Shown: positions 53,956 through 64,000, numbered from the stretch's first letter. The stretch: 64,000 nucleotides of DNA from a virus (IMGVR_UViG_3300036770_008730), one strand, 5' to 3'. Program-made: numbers and translations. Notes: generated by a model from the letters alone, not told the origin.

Positions 53956-56900
53956 ATGTGGAATTATAGTACTGATTTTAATAAGTGGTTTAGTTATAAA
54001 GATGAACTAACACTAGATAATTATAATTTTTATAAACAAGAGTTACAATCGGTAAGATTTTATTCTAAATGTCTCAGTGGTGCGACTTATCTTCCTGTAG
54101 TTGATACAGATAATATTTACGACATATTGAGTAGTTATCAGCCAAGAAATTGGTATGTTAGTTTTGATGGCTCTCCATATACAAATACATTGATTCCTTC
54201 TCAATTTGCAAATCCTATAAATGCAACATCTTCATATGATTTTTATCAAAGAAGTTTAGCTGAATATGGTTTGACTTTAAAGAATCATTTCACACCGAGA
54301 AGGATAATAAAAGAATCAGCTAATAACTACATTGAGGTTGATGTTTCAACCACAACACAAATAGATTTAAATTTACCTATTTCAGTTATAGATAATGTTG
54401 CTTTGGTTACTGGACATAAAGTTTTAGTAAAAGACCAACAGAGTACTATTGTGTTGCTTAACACAGAAAATCCAAATGATTTTATACCTGGAACTTTTTC
54501 AGTTTTAGAAAGCTTTGGAGCTACTATAGAATATATTTTTTATGATAGTTCTAATGGAATTTATGAGTTTGATGGTACTAATTTAGTAAAACTTGACATA
54601 CTTGATGATTATCAGAATTGTGTAAGACTAAGTATTCTTGTGAAGTTGGGTGATACCAACAAAGAAAAGCAATTTCATCTATCAAGACTTAGAAATGGAT
54701 ATTTTCCAACCTCATTTAAACAGGAACCTATGCAATTTGTTGAGAAAAAAAATTGGTTACTAAGAAATAGAGTCGATTATAATAATCTTTTTGAAATAAA
54801 TTATTATGATGTTGTTAAATACTCTACACAGTCATATTATTTAGATGGTGTTACCTATAGCATACCAACAAGAACTATTGCAATTGGAGAATTTGGAATA
54901 ATATTAAATACTCAAGATGGAGTTTCTAATATCATAAATAATAAGTATAAAGTAAATCTTAGGTCTATATCTCAGACAGAAAAATACTACTGGATATGTG
55001 GAGATGATGGAATTCTACTTAGAGTAAGAAAACATGATTTTACAATAGAAAGGATAGAAGTGGATTGTCAGTGTCCAAGAAATTTGATTACAACTGATTT
55101 ATATTCTATTTCTTTCTTTAATGACTTGAAAGGAGTAGCGGTAGGTGAGCTTAATACAGTTTTAATTACTAAAAATGGAGGAACAATTTGGGAAAGACTC
55201 AGAATTCCTGATTTTGATGCTTTTACATTTAAACAAGCATTGTATTACTCATTAAATTCATTCTTTGTTGCTGGTAATAATGGTATATTCTTAGAGTTTA
55301 TAGAAGATATATCAGGATGGAATGCCGTCAGAAGAAGAATATCGAGATTCATAGATGATGATGATGAGTATGTATTAGTAGATAATATAAATCAGATTTT
55401 TAGAACAACTATTAATACCTGGGGCCTAAGTTATTCTTACTCTACACAAAGCACAATTGGTAGTAAAGATTTACTTTTTATTGTAGCAGATGATAGTAAA
55501 ATAATAGCATATGATATAAATGAAAGTATACCAGATCAAACATTTCTATACATTGATTTTCCAAGTCAATATGGTGATATAAAAACCATAACAAGAAAAA
55601 ATAACACAAATATTTTTTATTTTACTGGTTCTGATCCTTCTAATGATTATGATGCGATATATTCCTTTGATTTGTCAAATCACTTATACATAGGAGTTGG
55701 TAACTCATATTCAAATACCATCATTGGTATTACTCCATCAACTGAGGCTATTGATATTAGTCCGAATAAAATTTTTGATTACGAGTCTCAGAATTTTTTA
55801 TTATGTGGTAATAACTCATTATTATTGAGCTCATCTTATAGTGTTTTAAATTTAGAACTATTGGACTCGGAATTTGAATCTAAATTAAAATCAAAGATGT
55901 TATTTTTAGATTACGATATTGGATCAAAATTATCTTTTTTTACTGATTTTGGTGAATACCGATTGCCTAATTCTACAACATTTAGTTCACTTTCATTTTC
56001 TTCTGCAAGTAGTTTAATATTTTCTCCTATAATTTATTCAGCAGCTACTCCTAGTTTTTTGACTCAATCAGAGACTAACTGGTTTACATATTGGCAAGAT
56101 GTTAATAAAACATTCGAGTATTATTCTATCACACCAATGTCTGAATCTACAAAAGTTTTAATATCAACTACATTTTCATTTACTGGAATTACTTCTTCTT
56201 ACATAATAAGTCCTACTAATAGTGGTACTTGGTCGACTGCTACTTCAAGTATACTTAGTTTGGCACCGACTATTGCTAATCCAACAAGTTCTATAATCGC
56301 CTATAGTAGATTTGATGGTAATGGACTTACTCCTATAACTGCTCCTACTGCAAGTTTTGATTTCTATTTATGTGATTATATGATGATTGCACGATTTATA
56401 TCTGGTGGATTTTCAGTTGAAGTAGGTGATTTGATATATTTCCAGAGTTCTGTTGTTGATGCTAAATTATTAGTAAATAGAATAGAGACCTTCTCAGGAT
56501 TTGATTATGTTTATATGTTCAATAGTTTTAATGGTCAAATGATTAATGAAATTTCTGGTACTACTCATTCTATTAGCTTTACCAACTTAAATAGGTATAG
56601 CAATCTAAATGAACTAGTGATTAGATTTCAAGAACATCCAATATCAAACGGATATAAACTAGAGTCATTCACATCTTCAAATATTGTAGAAATATCAGCT
56701 TTGTTTAATAATCGAACAGCCTATTATAACTTAGCCACTAATGTAGAGTTGACAGGTGATTTTAAAACAATGTCATATACATCTGGATTTTTAAATTTTG
56801 GTTATACACCAACTTACAATCTTTTAGATTATTTAGAAAATATAAATGATAAAACAAGTCTGAATCCTACGTTTTTTGCAGATAAAGAATTTTATTCAAT

Positions 56901-59115
56901 GCCTGAATTTATTGCTATTCCACTTCAAGGAGTTGGAAATTTTACTTCTGATATATGTTATATTGATTATAATGGTATAACCTATTCTCAGACAACCGGA
57001 AATACAATATATTTTGGATTAAATAGAAAATTAGAATGGGAAAGTCTACTAATAAATACATTTGTTGATGTGACATTATATCACACAACAACTTGGGGAA
57101 CTTCTCCTTATTTAACAGAAAGGCTATTAATAACGAATAAGTACTATAAATCTGATGAGGGTTATTATGTAATTGAATTTCATAAGAATTTTAATTTTAA
57201 CTTGACTTTTCCTCTTTACTATGTTGATATTAGAAGTCGTAGAAAACTATGGGAGATAAGTTCTGATTTACAAGAACTTAACAATATACAAAGACCTCGA
57301 TTACAAAAAAGAAATCTTTTCTTGGGTAGTGAATTTACTAACTATGAAAGAGAGTTAAATTATAAAATAAACACGGATTCTTATGCTAAGGTTTTATTGT
57401 CAGATGTTGATGTTGTAAAAAATCTCAGTGCTGTAATCTATACCGATTATAAGAACGAGTTATCCATGAATATAACAAATCTTGGAAAAGATTATAATAT
57501 ACCTATATTAAACACATCTAATTTTGCTGGTCAGTTATTTATAACTTGTGGTGAAAAACATGAATTAACTAATGGAGAAGGTGTGGTTTTAGAATTTAAT
57601 GGAGGTACTGGCTCATCACAGGAACTTAATCAACAATATTTTGGTTATTTTCCAGTTAATGTTGTTTCTGATTATAACTTTACAATAACAATGCCTTTCG
57701 GTACAACTCCAATTGTTGGTAATGATTCTGGTTTTGTAAAATACTCTAAGAAAGATCCATTTTTAAATTATCAACCAGTTGATGTTATTGATTTGGGTAT
57801 CGACAAGAGAGGAAAACAGTCTGTAGAATTAAAGATTGAAAATGTTGTCTTACAAGATAACAAATTTAGACTTAGTGGTGTTGATTTTACAAAATATAGA
57901 TTTAGACTTGTTGATTTATTGAATGTCGAAACTCTATCTGAAAAATATCCTTGGATACTTGAGGCTGAAATTTCAGATGCTATTTTAGGACAAGATAGTA
58001 ATGGTTTGGTTTGGTATAAGGGAACTTGGGAATGTGGTAGATGGTTCGGTGGAACTTGGATATCAGGTGCTTGGATATCAGGTGATTGGTATACTGGATT
58101 ATGGAGGTCATTGACAATTAATGACAAAATTTTATCAGTTGAAATAGATGAAAAATCATCAAATACTTTGAGTTCTACTTGGTTTGGTGGAAGATGGTAT
58201 GACGGAACATGGCAAAATGGATTGTGGGTAGATGGTAGATGGTATGGTGGTACCTGGACTGATGGTCTATGGTATAACGGAATTTGGAATGATGGAAATT
58301 GGCTCAATGGAAGTTTCACCGGGGGTGTTTGGATTTTAGGAAATTGGGATAATGGAATATTCAATTGTGATAATAATCCAGCTTATTGGTTAGATGGTAA
58401 GTGGTTCGGAGGTGATTTTGAAAATGGTATGTGGTACAATGGTTTATTTGATGAGAAAGATCTTAATAATCAACGATTGATTGTTCCAAAAAAATCAAGA
58501 TTTGGAACAAAATCATACAATAGTAGAACTTCGACTTGGCATGGTGGTAAATGGGCACGAGGTAGTTTTTATTCAAGTATTAATATAAATGATGATGGTA
58601 AAGAAGATGTTAGTGATGTTCATAAATACTCGATATGGTATACTGGTCAGTGGTTAAGTGGCAATTGGTATGGTGGTATAGCTTATAATATTGATTTCAA
58701 GTCGGGAACTTGGCATGGTGGTATTTTAGATGATATTCAAATAATAGGAATGGATAGCACTGATAATTACTTTATTGCTAATGGTATTTTTAAATTTAAT
58801 ATTGGTGATGAAATTACTGTGACTGATAACAGACTTGATTCACCATTGGGTAGCTCCTATGGAACTAATTTTATACCAAAAAGATATACTGTGCTTTATA
58901 CAGTAGAAGATACTCTAAATAAATGGACAAAGATTTATGTTTCTTCAAACATAGTTGATAATGTTACAGCACCTACTTATACTGGATTATGGATAGTAAG
59001 TAGATTTAAAAATGCCAATTGGAAATCCGGAATTTGGACTAATGGTGTTTATGAGTCTGGCAATTGGGAGGGTGGTATTTGGTATAATGGTATATTTGAA
59101 GCAACTTGGATGTAA
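53956..59115 (+). CDS. large putative virion protein with BNR/YCF48-like propeller region and C-terminal WxxGx pentapeptide repeats
   Basis: GEFGIIL, GDDGILL, AVGELNTVLITKNGG.IW repeats; WYKGTWECGRWFGGTWISGAW... from ~58010. Confidence 0.65.
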   Translation: MWNYSTDFNKWFSYKDELTLDNYNFYKQELQSVRFYSKCLSGATYLPVVDTDNIYDILSSYQPRNWYVSFDGSPYTNTLIPSQFANPINATSSYDFYQRSLAEYGLTLKNHFTPRRIIKESANNYIEVDVSTTTQIDLNLPISVIDNVALVTGHKVLVKDQQSTIVLLNTENPNDFIPGTFSVLESFGATIEYIFYDSSNGIYEFDGTNLVKLDILDDYQNCVRLSILVKLGDTNKEKQFHLSRLRNGYFPTSFKQEPMQFVEKKNWLLRNRVDYNNLFEINYYDVVKYSTQSYYLDGVTYSIPTRTIAIGEFGIILNTQDGVSNIINNKYKVNLRSISQTEKYYWICGDDGILLRVRKHDFTIERIEVDCQCPRNLITTDLYSISFFNDLKGVAVGELNTVLITKNGGTIWERLRIPDFDAFTFKQALYYSLNSFFVAGNNGIFLEFIEDISGWNAVRRRISRFIDDDDEYVLVDNINQIFRTTINTWGLSYSYSTQSTIGSKDLLFIVADDSKIIAYDINESIPDQTFLYIDFPSQYGDIKTITRKNNTNIFYFTGSDPSNDYDAIYSFDLSNHLYIGVGNSYSNTIIGITPSTEAIDISPNKIFDYESQNFLLCGNNSLLLSSSYSVLNLELLDSEFESKLKSKMLFLDYDIGSKLSFFTDFGEYRLPNSTTFSSLSFSSASSLIFSPIIYSAATPSFLTQSETNWFTYWQDVNKTFEYYSITPMSESTKVLISTTFSFTGITSSYIISPTNSGTWSTATSSILSLAPTIANPTSSIIAYSRFDGNGLTPITAPTASFDFYLCDYMMIARFISGGFSVEVGDLIYFQSSVVDAKLLVNRIETFSGFDYVYMFNSFNGQMINEISGTTHSISFTNLNRYSNLNELVIRFQEHPISNGYKLESFTSSNIVEISALFNNRTAYYNLATNVELTGDFKTMSYTSGFLNFGYTPTYNLLDYLENINDKTSLNPTFFADKEFYSMPEFIAIPLQGVGNFTSDICYIDYNGITYSQTTGNTIYFGLNRKLEWESLLINTFVDVTLYHTTTWGTSPYLTERLLITNKYYKSDEGYYVIEFHKNFNFNLTFPLYYVDIRSRRKLWEISSDLQELNNIQRPRLQKRNLFLGSEFTNYERELNYKINTDSYAKVLLSDVDVVKNLSAVIYTDYKNELSMNITNLGKDYNIPILNTSNFAGQLFITCGEKHELTNGEGVVLEFNGGTGSSQELNQQYFGYFPVNVVSDYNFTITMPFGTTPIVGNDSGFVKYSKKDPFLNYQPVDVIDLGIDKRGKQSVELKIENVVLQDNKFRLSGVDFTKYRFRLVDLLNVETLSEKYPWILEAEISDAILGQDSNGLVWYKGTWECGRWFGGTWISGAWISGDWYTGLWRSLTINDKILSVEIDEKSSNTLSSTWFGGRWYDGTWQNGLWVDGRWYGGTWTDGLWYNGIWNDGNWLNGSFTGGVWILGNWDNGIFNCDNNPAYWLDGKWFGGDFENGMWYNGLFDEKDLNNQRLIVPKKSRFGTKSYNSRTSTWHGGKWARGSFYSSININDDGKEDVSDVHKYSIWYTGQWLSGNWYGGIAYNIDFKSGTWHGGILDDIQIIGMDSTDNYFIANGIFKFNIGDEITVTDNRLDSPLGSSYGTNFIPKRYTVLYTVEDTLNKWTKIYVSSNIVDNVTAPTYTGLWIVSRFKNANWKSGIWTNGVYESGNWEGGIWYNGIFEATWM

Positions 59116-59147
59116 AATTTGGTTTTCATAAAAAAATATATATCTAT

Positions 59148-59645
59148 ATGAAAAAGTTTAGCCAAATAGAAAGCCAAAATGAAGGTCTTAAAGAAAAGAT
59201 AGTTAGTGGTTTAGCTGGACTATCTATGTTAGTTTCCTCTTGTCAATCAATAACACCTGAAGAAAAACAAAGATTACAGACTGAGATTGAACATCTTAAT
59301 CAACAGCAGGATCATGATAAGAAAATGGTTAATTACTATGATGCTCAATCTAAAGATAGAATGTCGAAGGTTAGAGAACTTGAAGATGAAATAGGTGAGT
59401 TAGAAAAGAAATTAGGAATTCTAAAAACTGGAAAAAAACCTAAATTTATACTAAAGCTTCACCTTGAAGAAGGTGGATTGGACAATATTGGAAATTTTGA
59501 TAGATTACAATTTGATATTGAAATCCCTGTTGATGAAGAATATTTTAAAAAGTGTAAAGTTGGTGAGGAGCTAGCAAAAGATGTTAGACTTACAAACATA
59601 TTTCAAAACTGTAATCTGACTGTTGAAGATAAAAGAATGGAATAA
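59148..59645 (+). CDS. putative lipoprotein with capsid-targeting-like N-terminus (start refined to 59148)
   Basis: MKKFSQIESQNE then KEKIVSGLAGLSMLVSSC (lipobox-like VSSC), coiled coil. Confidence 0.6.
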   Translation: MKKFSQIESQNEGLKEKIVSGLAGLSMLVSSCQSITPEEKQRLQTEIEHLNQQQDHDKKMVNYYDAQSKDRMSKVRELEDEIGELEKKLGILKTGKKPKFILKLHLEEGGLDNIGNFDRLQFDIEIPVDEEYFKKCKVGEELAKDVRLTNIFQNCNLTVEDKRME

Positions 59646-59649
59646 CTCT

Positions 59650-60039
59650 ATGATAAAAAGATATTTAAATTTTATAGTTGAGGCTGATGAGGTTAACGTT
59701 GATAAATTGGAAACCGATCAATCTTCTTCATCCGATTTTATCGAGGTTAAGGATGAATTAATGTCGATGATTGAAGAAACTGCAAAAAAACAAAAACAAG
59801 AACCAAATTCATTTTTGAAAGAATTTCTAAAAAATCCAAAAGATGTTAAGATAGACGGTCTAGTAACAGATTCTGATGTATTTGAATTTTATAAAAAATG
59901 GGGAAATGATATTGATGAAATTTTGAATAAGATAAAATTTTTCAATGAAAGACCAAGTGATTTGAATGCAATAGGTTTATATAAATATCTAATAATTGCA
60001 ACCGAAAAGGCTATAGTAGAATTCCTAAAAACAAAATAA
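59650..60039 (+). CDS. hypothetical protein with capsid-targeting-like N-terminus (start refined to 59650)
   Basis: MIKRYLNFIVE. Confidence 0.65.
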   Translation: MIKRYLNFIVEADEVNVDKLETDQSSSSDFIEVKDELMSMIEETAKKQKQEPNSFLKEFLKNPKDVKIDGLVTDSDVFEFYKKWGNDIDEILNKIKFFNERPSDLNAIGLYKYLIIATEKAIVEFLKTK

Positions 60040-60486
60040 TCATTTCATTAAATATTGTAAGATATCGAAATGTATATGAAAGTGATTTATTATTAATAAA
60101 ATATAAGTTGAGACTTTAACGACTAAAAATGAAATTGATAATATTTTTATCAAAATATTATATCTTATGGATTTTGTAGATAGATTTATTATTAGCGAAC
60201 ATATCAAAATTGCTAAATAGACATACCAAGATTTAGTTAAAAGACCACCAAATAAAAGAAATAACTCTAAAAAATTTATAATTCTATAAGCGGAAAGTGA
60301 ATTGTATTCTTCTTCTTCTCTAAAGTCTTCTTTATTGGCTTTTTTACCTGTAACCTTCTCATATTTGTCAAACCATTCTTCAATATTTTTAATTGAAAAA
60401 AATTTTGAAATTATGCCTAAAAGTAAAAAAGATGTAAAAAGTGCGTATATGTAAAATACATGTCCCATTGGTCTGTTATATACCAA
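60040..60486 (-). CDS. putative membrane protein
   Basis: Four hydrophobic segments. Confidence 0.6.
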   Translation of the reverse strand: MVYNRPMGHVFYIYALFTSFLLLGIISKFFSIKNIEEWFDKYEKVTGKKANKEDFREEEEYNSLSAYRIINFLELFLLFGGLLTKSWYVYLAILICSLIINLSTKSIRYNILIKILSISFLVVKVSTYILLIINHFHIHFDILQYLMK

Positions 60487-60568
60487 TAATTTTTTTTGTT
60501 TAATTTTTTAAAAGTAAACAGAAAGTGTTTTTTAATATATATAGTTAATAAAATTATTTTTATTTTTA

Positions 60569-63262
60569 ATGGCATCTACACCACTTTATAAAAAAATTAA
60601 ATCCAACGGAACAACATTTTATGCTTTTCCTGGTGCGTCGGAAGACATCTCATCAGCTTATCAGAATAGTAACTACAAAATGTATTTTTCAAAATATATT
60701 TTGTTGAATCTTCCTAAGCAGAACTTAAATGCAGGAACTCAATCAAATCCTATATACTTTGATTTTGATAATTCTTTTGCTAAATCATCTGTTGCTCAAG
60801 CAGCATCTAATTATCAAGATGCTATAGTAGAGTCTCTTAGAAATTATGTAGCAAATCAAGAAGTGGTCATTCGTGAATCAAGATTAAACAATACTGATTA
60901 TTATTATGATACAAATGTTTTAGAAACATCTTCTGAGAAAATATTCTGGAAATGGTGTAAAAAATTAAACATAATTCAATTTGAACCATCTATTCCAGAT
61001 GATGAGTATTTTCCAAATTTACCTGAGTTTGGTTCTAAAAATATAAATGATGATGAATTCTTTCCTGAGATTCTTTGGAAAGAAAGAGAAGTCATTTCCT
61101 ATGATACACTTTATTATTATGAGTCCGGTGAGGTTGGATATTCTTCTAAGTTAGAAGTTGAATTTTCCGGTGTTACTAATTTTAAAGTTGGTGATACGGT
61201 AAATATATTTAATGTATCGAACTCTACCATAACCGCCAATTCAAGTTCTCCAGTGTCTTTAGCTGAAGCAGGAACTGAACAAGGTTACAATACGAAAATT
61301 TTGAAAATAATACCATCTGGTGCTACTCAAGGACAGAGAATTATATTTGATATCGAATCTTATTTACCAAAAAATTCAGAATTTGATGGTCAAGCAAAGT
61401 TAGTATATCACAGATTAGTTCAATATATAGGTGAGGTTAATGGTATTAGTAATGTTGCAGAGGCTAACAGGTCATATACTGAAGTTTATGCTCATATTCC
61501 TGACCATACTGGAATGACTCCTGATATTTTATTTCGAACAAAATATGATGTTAATTATCGACCCAATTTAACTTTCCCGATTATACCTGGACAATATCAA
61601 CCAGAAATTGTCGGAGCTGAAAATTTTAATTTTCCTATAGTTTCCACACCACAAGATTATCCTGGTTCATATTTTGGACAATTTGATACATTAGACTTTA
61701 CCTATGAGACATCAACTGGTGATGAAATAAGAAGAAGTGGTGATTATTTTGGTGTTACTGGTGATACTAATGTTCCAATAACTTACGCTACTGATCTTGA
61801 TGGATTGACTGTTGATTTCAATCCTAGTCATTATGTGAAAATGAATATTTTTAATAGAGAAGTTACAAATTTTGATCAGTTTAATGCACAAGAGGTTAAT
61901 AATGAACCACCTCGTGATTTCGAATTTAATGCCATATTATGGTATTATACTGTTGAAAATATAAACGGTCAATCTACTACTAATTTATATGGTATAACAT
62001 TTTTAGATAATCCAGATAACAATTTGATACCTGAAGAAGTGGGTTTAAGATTTCCAACATATAAGAAGTTAGTATCAAATGGTCAGCAGGATGGAACATC
62101 TTTTGCTTTTAGTTTGATGTTGAACTTTAATATTATTAATGATAACGTTCAAGATTCTTATAATCCAGAAGCTATAAATTCACTATTCTCAATGAATTTA
62201 TTCAATAATGCTATGTCAAGATTGGCATCTTTGAATGATAGCTTTTTGAATATTCTAGCTGAAAATGGGGCTCTAAGAGATGAGATTTTAAACATAAAAA
62301 GCTTATTATATACTCAGAACGATTTGAACACTATTAACACAAAGATAGCTAGTCTTGAAAATCTGTTAAAATTATACTCAACGAATCAAATTGTGAGTAG
62401 TCCAACAGTAGAAGTTTCTACTTCTTTTGGGAGTCCACCTCAAATACAATTAAATTCTATAGATACTGCTTATAGTAAAATAGACACATTATTAACTTCT
62501 CAAATGTATAATAATGTAGGTGTGATACCTATTAATGTTTCTGTTCCATTAAATAAAAGTTTTCTTGTTTCAGTTATAAATAATGATGAGGTTGAGGTAC
62601 AGTTTGCTCAACCAGAAAATCTTACAATTATATTAGATAGAGAATTAGATATAAATCAAACCTGTGAATTTTTAATTACGGCTAGTGAGTTTTCTTCTCA
62701 AAATAAAAAAATTGATATTTTAGTTAGAAATTCATTAAATGGTCAATTAACTGAGACTCTAATCTTAGGAGATATAGATTTACCAGTATTTTACAATACA
62801 ACAACTCAATTAGCAAATTCATCATTTCTTTGGAAGGATTTCAATTTTGAAATTGATTTGACTCAGCCTATAAATTTGGATGGTAATTTATTACTTGAGG
62901 TTCCTTTTGCTGGAAACACTACTATTATTAATAACTCTATAAAAGTTGGTGATGTTTTATACTTGAATAACTTTTTTGTCGGAACTGTTTCTGTTTATGA
63001 TTTTTCTGGCCAGTATGAAGTGAACTCATCTATTGGGTCTACAAGCTCATACTTTAGATTTGATATAAGTTCTAATCCAGACTTTATTGCTTATGGTAGC
63101 TCAGCATCTCTTCCTTTACAATTACACGGCACATCTTCTACACTACTTTCAAATAATCCTTATTTCTCTCTTAACAAGGGTAAGAAAATAAAGCTTTATA
63201 GAGTTAGTAGTTCAAATATATTCAGTGAAAGATACAGGATTGAAACTCAAGATATAAATTAG
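60569..63262 (+). CDS. putative virion structural protein
   Basis: 897 aa, TTTTAATATATA upstream, N/T/S-rich, internal coiled coil (LASLNDSF...NLLKL), located in the structural cluster. Confidence 0.6.
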   Translation: MASTPLYKKIKSNGTTFYAFPGASEDISSAYQNSNYKMYFSKYILLNLPKQNLNAGTQSNPIYFDFDNSFAKSSVAQAASNYQDAIVESLRNYVANQEVVIRESRLNNTDYYYDTNVLETSSEKIFWKWCKKLNIIQFEPSIPDDEYFPNLPEFGSKNINDDEFFPEILWKEREVISYDTLYYYESGEVGYSSKLEVEFSGVTNFKVGDTVNIFNVSNSTITANSSSPVSLAEAGTEQGYNTKILKIIPSGATQGQRIIFDIESYLPKNSEFDGQAKLVYHRLVQYIGEVNGISNVAEANRSYTEVYAHIPDHTGMTPDILFRTKYDVNYRPNLTFPIIPGQYQPEIVGAENFNFPIVSTPQDYPGSYFGQFDTLDFTYETSTGDEIRRSGDYFGVTGDTNVPITYATDLDGLTVDFNPSHYVKMNIFNREVTNFDQFNAQEVNNEPPRDFEFNAILWYYTVENINGQSTTNLYGITFLDNPDNNLIPEEVGLRFPTYKKLVSNGQQDGTSFAFSLMLNFNIINDNVQDSYNPEAINSLFSMNLFNNAMSRLASLNDSFLNILAENGALRDEILNIKSLLYTQNDLNTINTKIASLENLLKLYSTNQIVSSPTVEVSTSFGSPPQIQLNSIDTAYSKIDTLLTSQMYNNVGVIPINVSVPLNKSFLVSVINNDEVEVQFAQPENLTIILDRELDINQTCEFLITASEFSSQNKKIDILVRNSLNGQLTETLILGDIDLPVFYNTTTQLANSSFLWKDFNFEIDLTQPINLDGNLLLEVPFAGNTTIINNSIKVGDVLYLNNFFVGTVSVYDFSGQYEVNSSIGSTSSYFRFDISSNPDFIAYGSSASLPLQLHGTSSTLLSNNPYFSLNKGKKIKLYRVSSSNIFSERYRIETQDIN

Positions 63263-63305
63263 TTTATTAATTTTAATATATATGTTAAAATTAAAAACTT
63301 AAATT

Positions 63306-64000
63306 ATGTCTGTTTGTGGTGCATCGCTTTTTGGAAATACAAGTCAATATATTAAAATTAATAATGGAGACTTTATAGCTATCCAAGGTTCAGATACGAG
63401 AGAAAGGCTTATAACTTCTGATTTAAGAATGCCTTACAAACAAATTCTTAAAAGTAGAGTTATTCTAAAACCTGGTCAAATTAACTATCTTCTAAATCAT
63501 TTAGGTCTGGGTGATAATGCTACATTTTTAGCTCTAAGAGCTACTTACGACCCTAAATCGGTAATAGCTGAAGACAATTATATCAGTTGGTCTTATTATG
63601 ATGACTTAACAAGAATAAACAATTTTGCACAATTATTGGTATTGACTGGTAATTCTGCAAAAAGAATACCTCAATTATATCTTACCAATCCTAATACAAA
63701 ATATCAAGTTTTAATTGATGTTATGGTCGCATCAATAGATGATACGTACTCTATATTTACTGACACTTTGAATCAATCAGGTACTTCTTTTGTTGGATTA
63801 GAATATACAGATATTAAATCTTATGTAGTTGGAGAGTCAATAGTTTTCTTTGACAAAAGTTCTCCTAAGCGCCCTTTGATATATGTTGATTTGACAAATA
63901 TAGATGCAATTACTAAAAATGGAAGTATATTAGTTATAGATGATGGAACTCTTGGAACTTTATTTTTTCAATTCAAAACAGAATATGATGCTAATCAAGC
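63306..64000 (+). CDS. partial putative virion protein, truncated by the window end
   Basis: Open frame from ATG 63306 (MSVCGASLFGNTSQYIKINNGDF...) to the window edge; TTTTAATATATA upstream. Confidence 0.6.
   Translation, partial: MSVCGASLFGNTSQYIKINNGDFIAIQGSDTRERLITSDLRMPYKQILKSRVILKPGQINYLLNHLGLGDNATFLALRATYDPKSVIAEDNYISWSYYDDLTRINNFAQLLVLTGNSAKRIPQLYLTNPNTKYQVLIDVMVASIDDTYSIFTDTLNQSGTSFVGLEYTDIKSYVVGESIVFFDKSSPKRPLIYVDLTNIDAITKNGSILVIDDGTLGTLFFQFKTEYDANQ

Noticed and set aside
57771-58364. 197-aa antisense ORF with P/Q/H periodicity
   Set aside because: Mirror of the TGG/GGT-rich WxxG repeats on the coding strand; shadow ORF
1-64000. Stop-codon reassignment, as in some large Bacteroidota phages
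   Set aside because: Conserved enzymes (nrdA, nrdB, cysK, uvsX, phoH) are full-length in the standard code, coding density is high, and TAG/TGA end genes at plausible positions

Overview
A 64-kb, strongly AT-rich, densely coding segment of a large (jumbo-type) tailed dsDNA phage genome in the standard genetic code. The host is most likely Bacteroidota: there are TTTG-N19-TAnnTTTG promoters and no Shine-Dalgarno sites. The window carries replication, recombination and nucleotide genes (DinG-like helicase, DnaB/gp41-like helicase, nrdAB, RecA/UvsX, RuvC-like resolvase, PhoH, DNA MTase), virion and tail-type genes, two free-standing endonucleases, auxiliary enzymes (CysK, GH16, two Nudix, M28-like peptidase, metallophosphoesterase, ligase-like and NTase-like proteins) and one tRNA-Cys. 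The best candidate for an undescribed system is a Ro60/TROVE gene preceded by a ~550-nt non-coding leader. The leader holds a boxA-like site, four related stem-loops, two Y-RNA-like GUCCG...GACUA elements and an intrinsic terminator. Other window-wide patterns are (i) about 24 unrelated proteins sharing an N-terminal T4 capsid-targeting-like motif, usually with a TAATATATA promoter-like element, (ii) a group of small, probably early proteins sharing an R-x-x-K-I-x-x-I/L tag, two of which also carry short look-alikes of capsid and DNA polymerase motifs, and (iii) signal peptides hidden behind the capsid-targeting motif. All functional calls come from motif recognition by eye; no database searches or folding programs were run.
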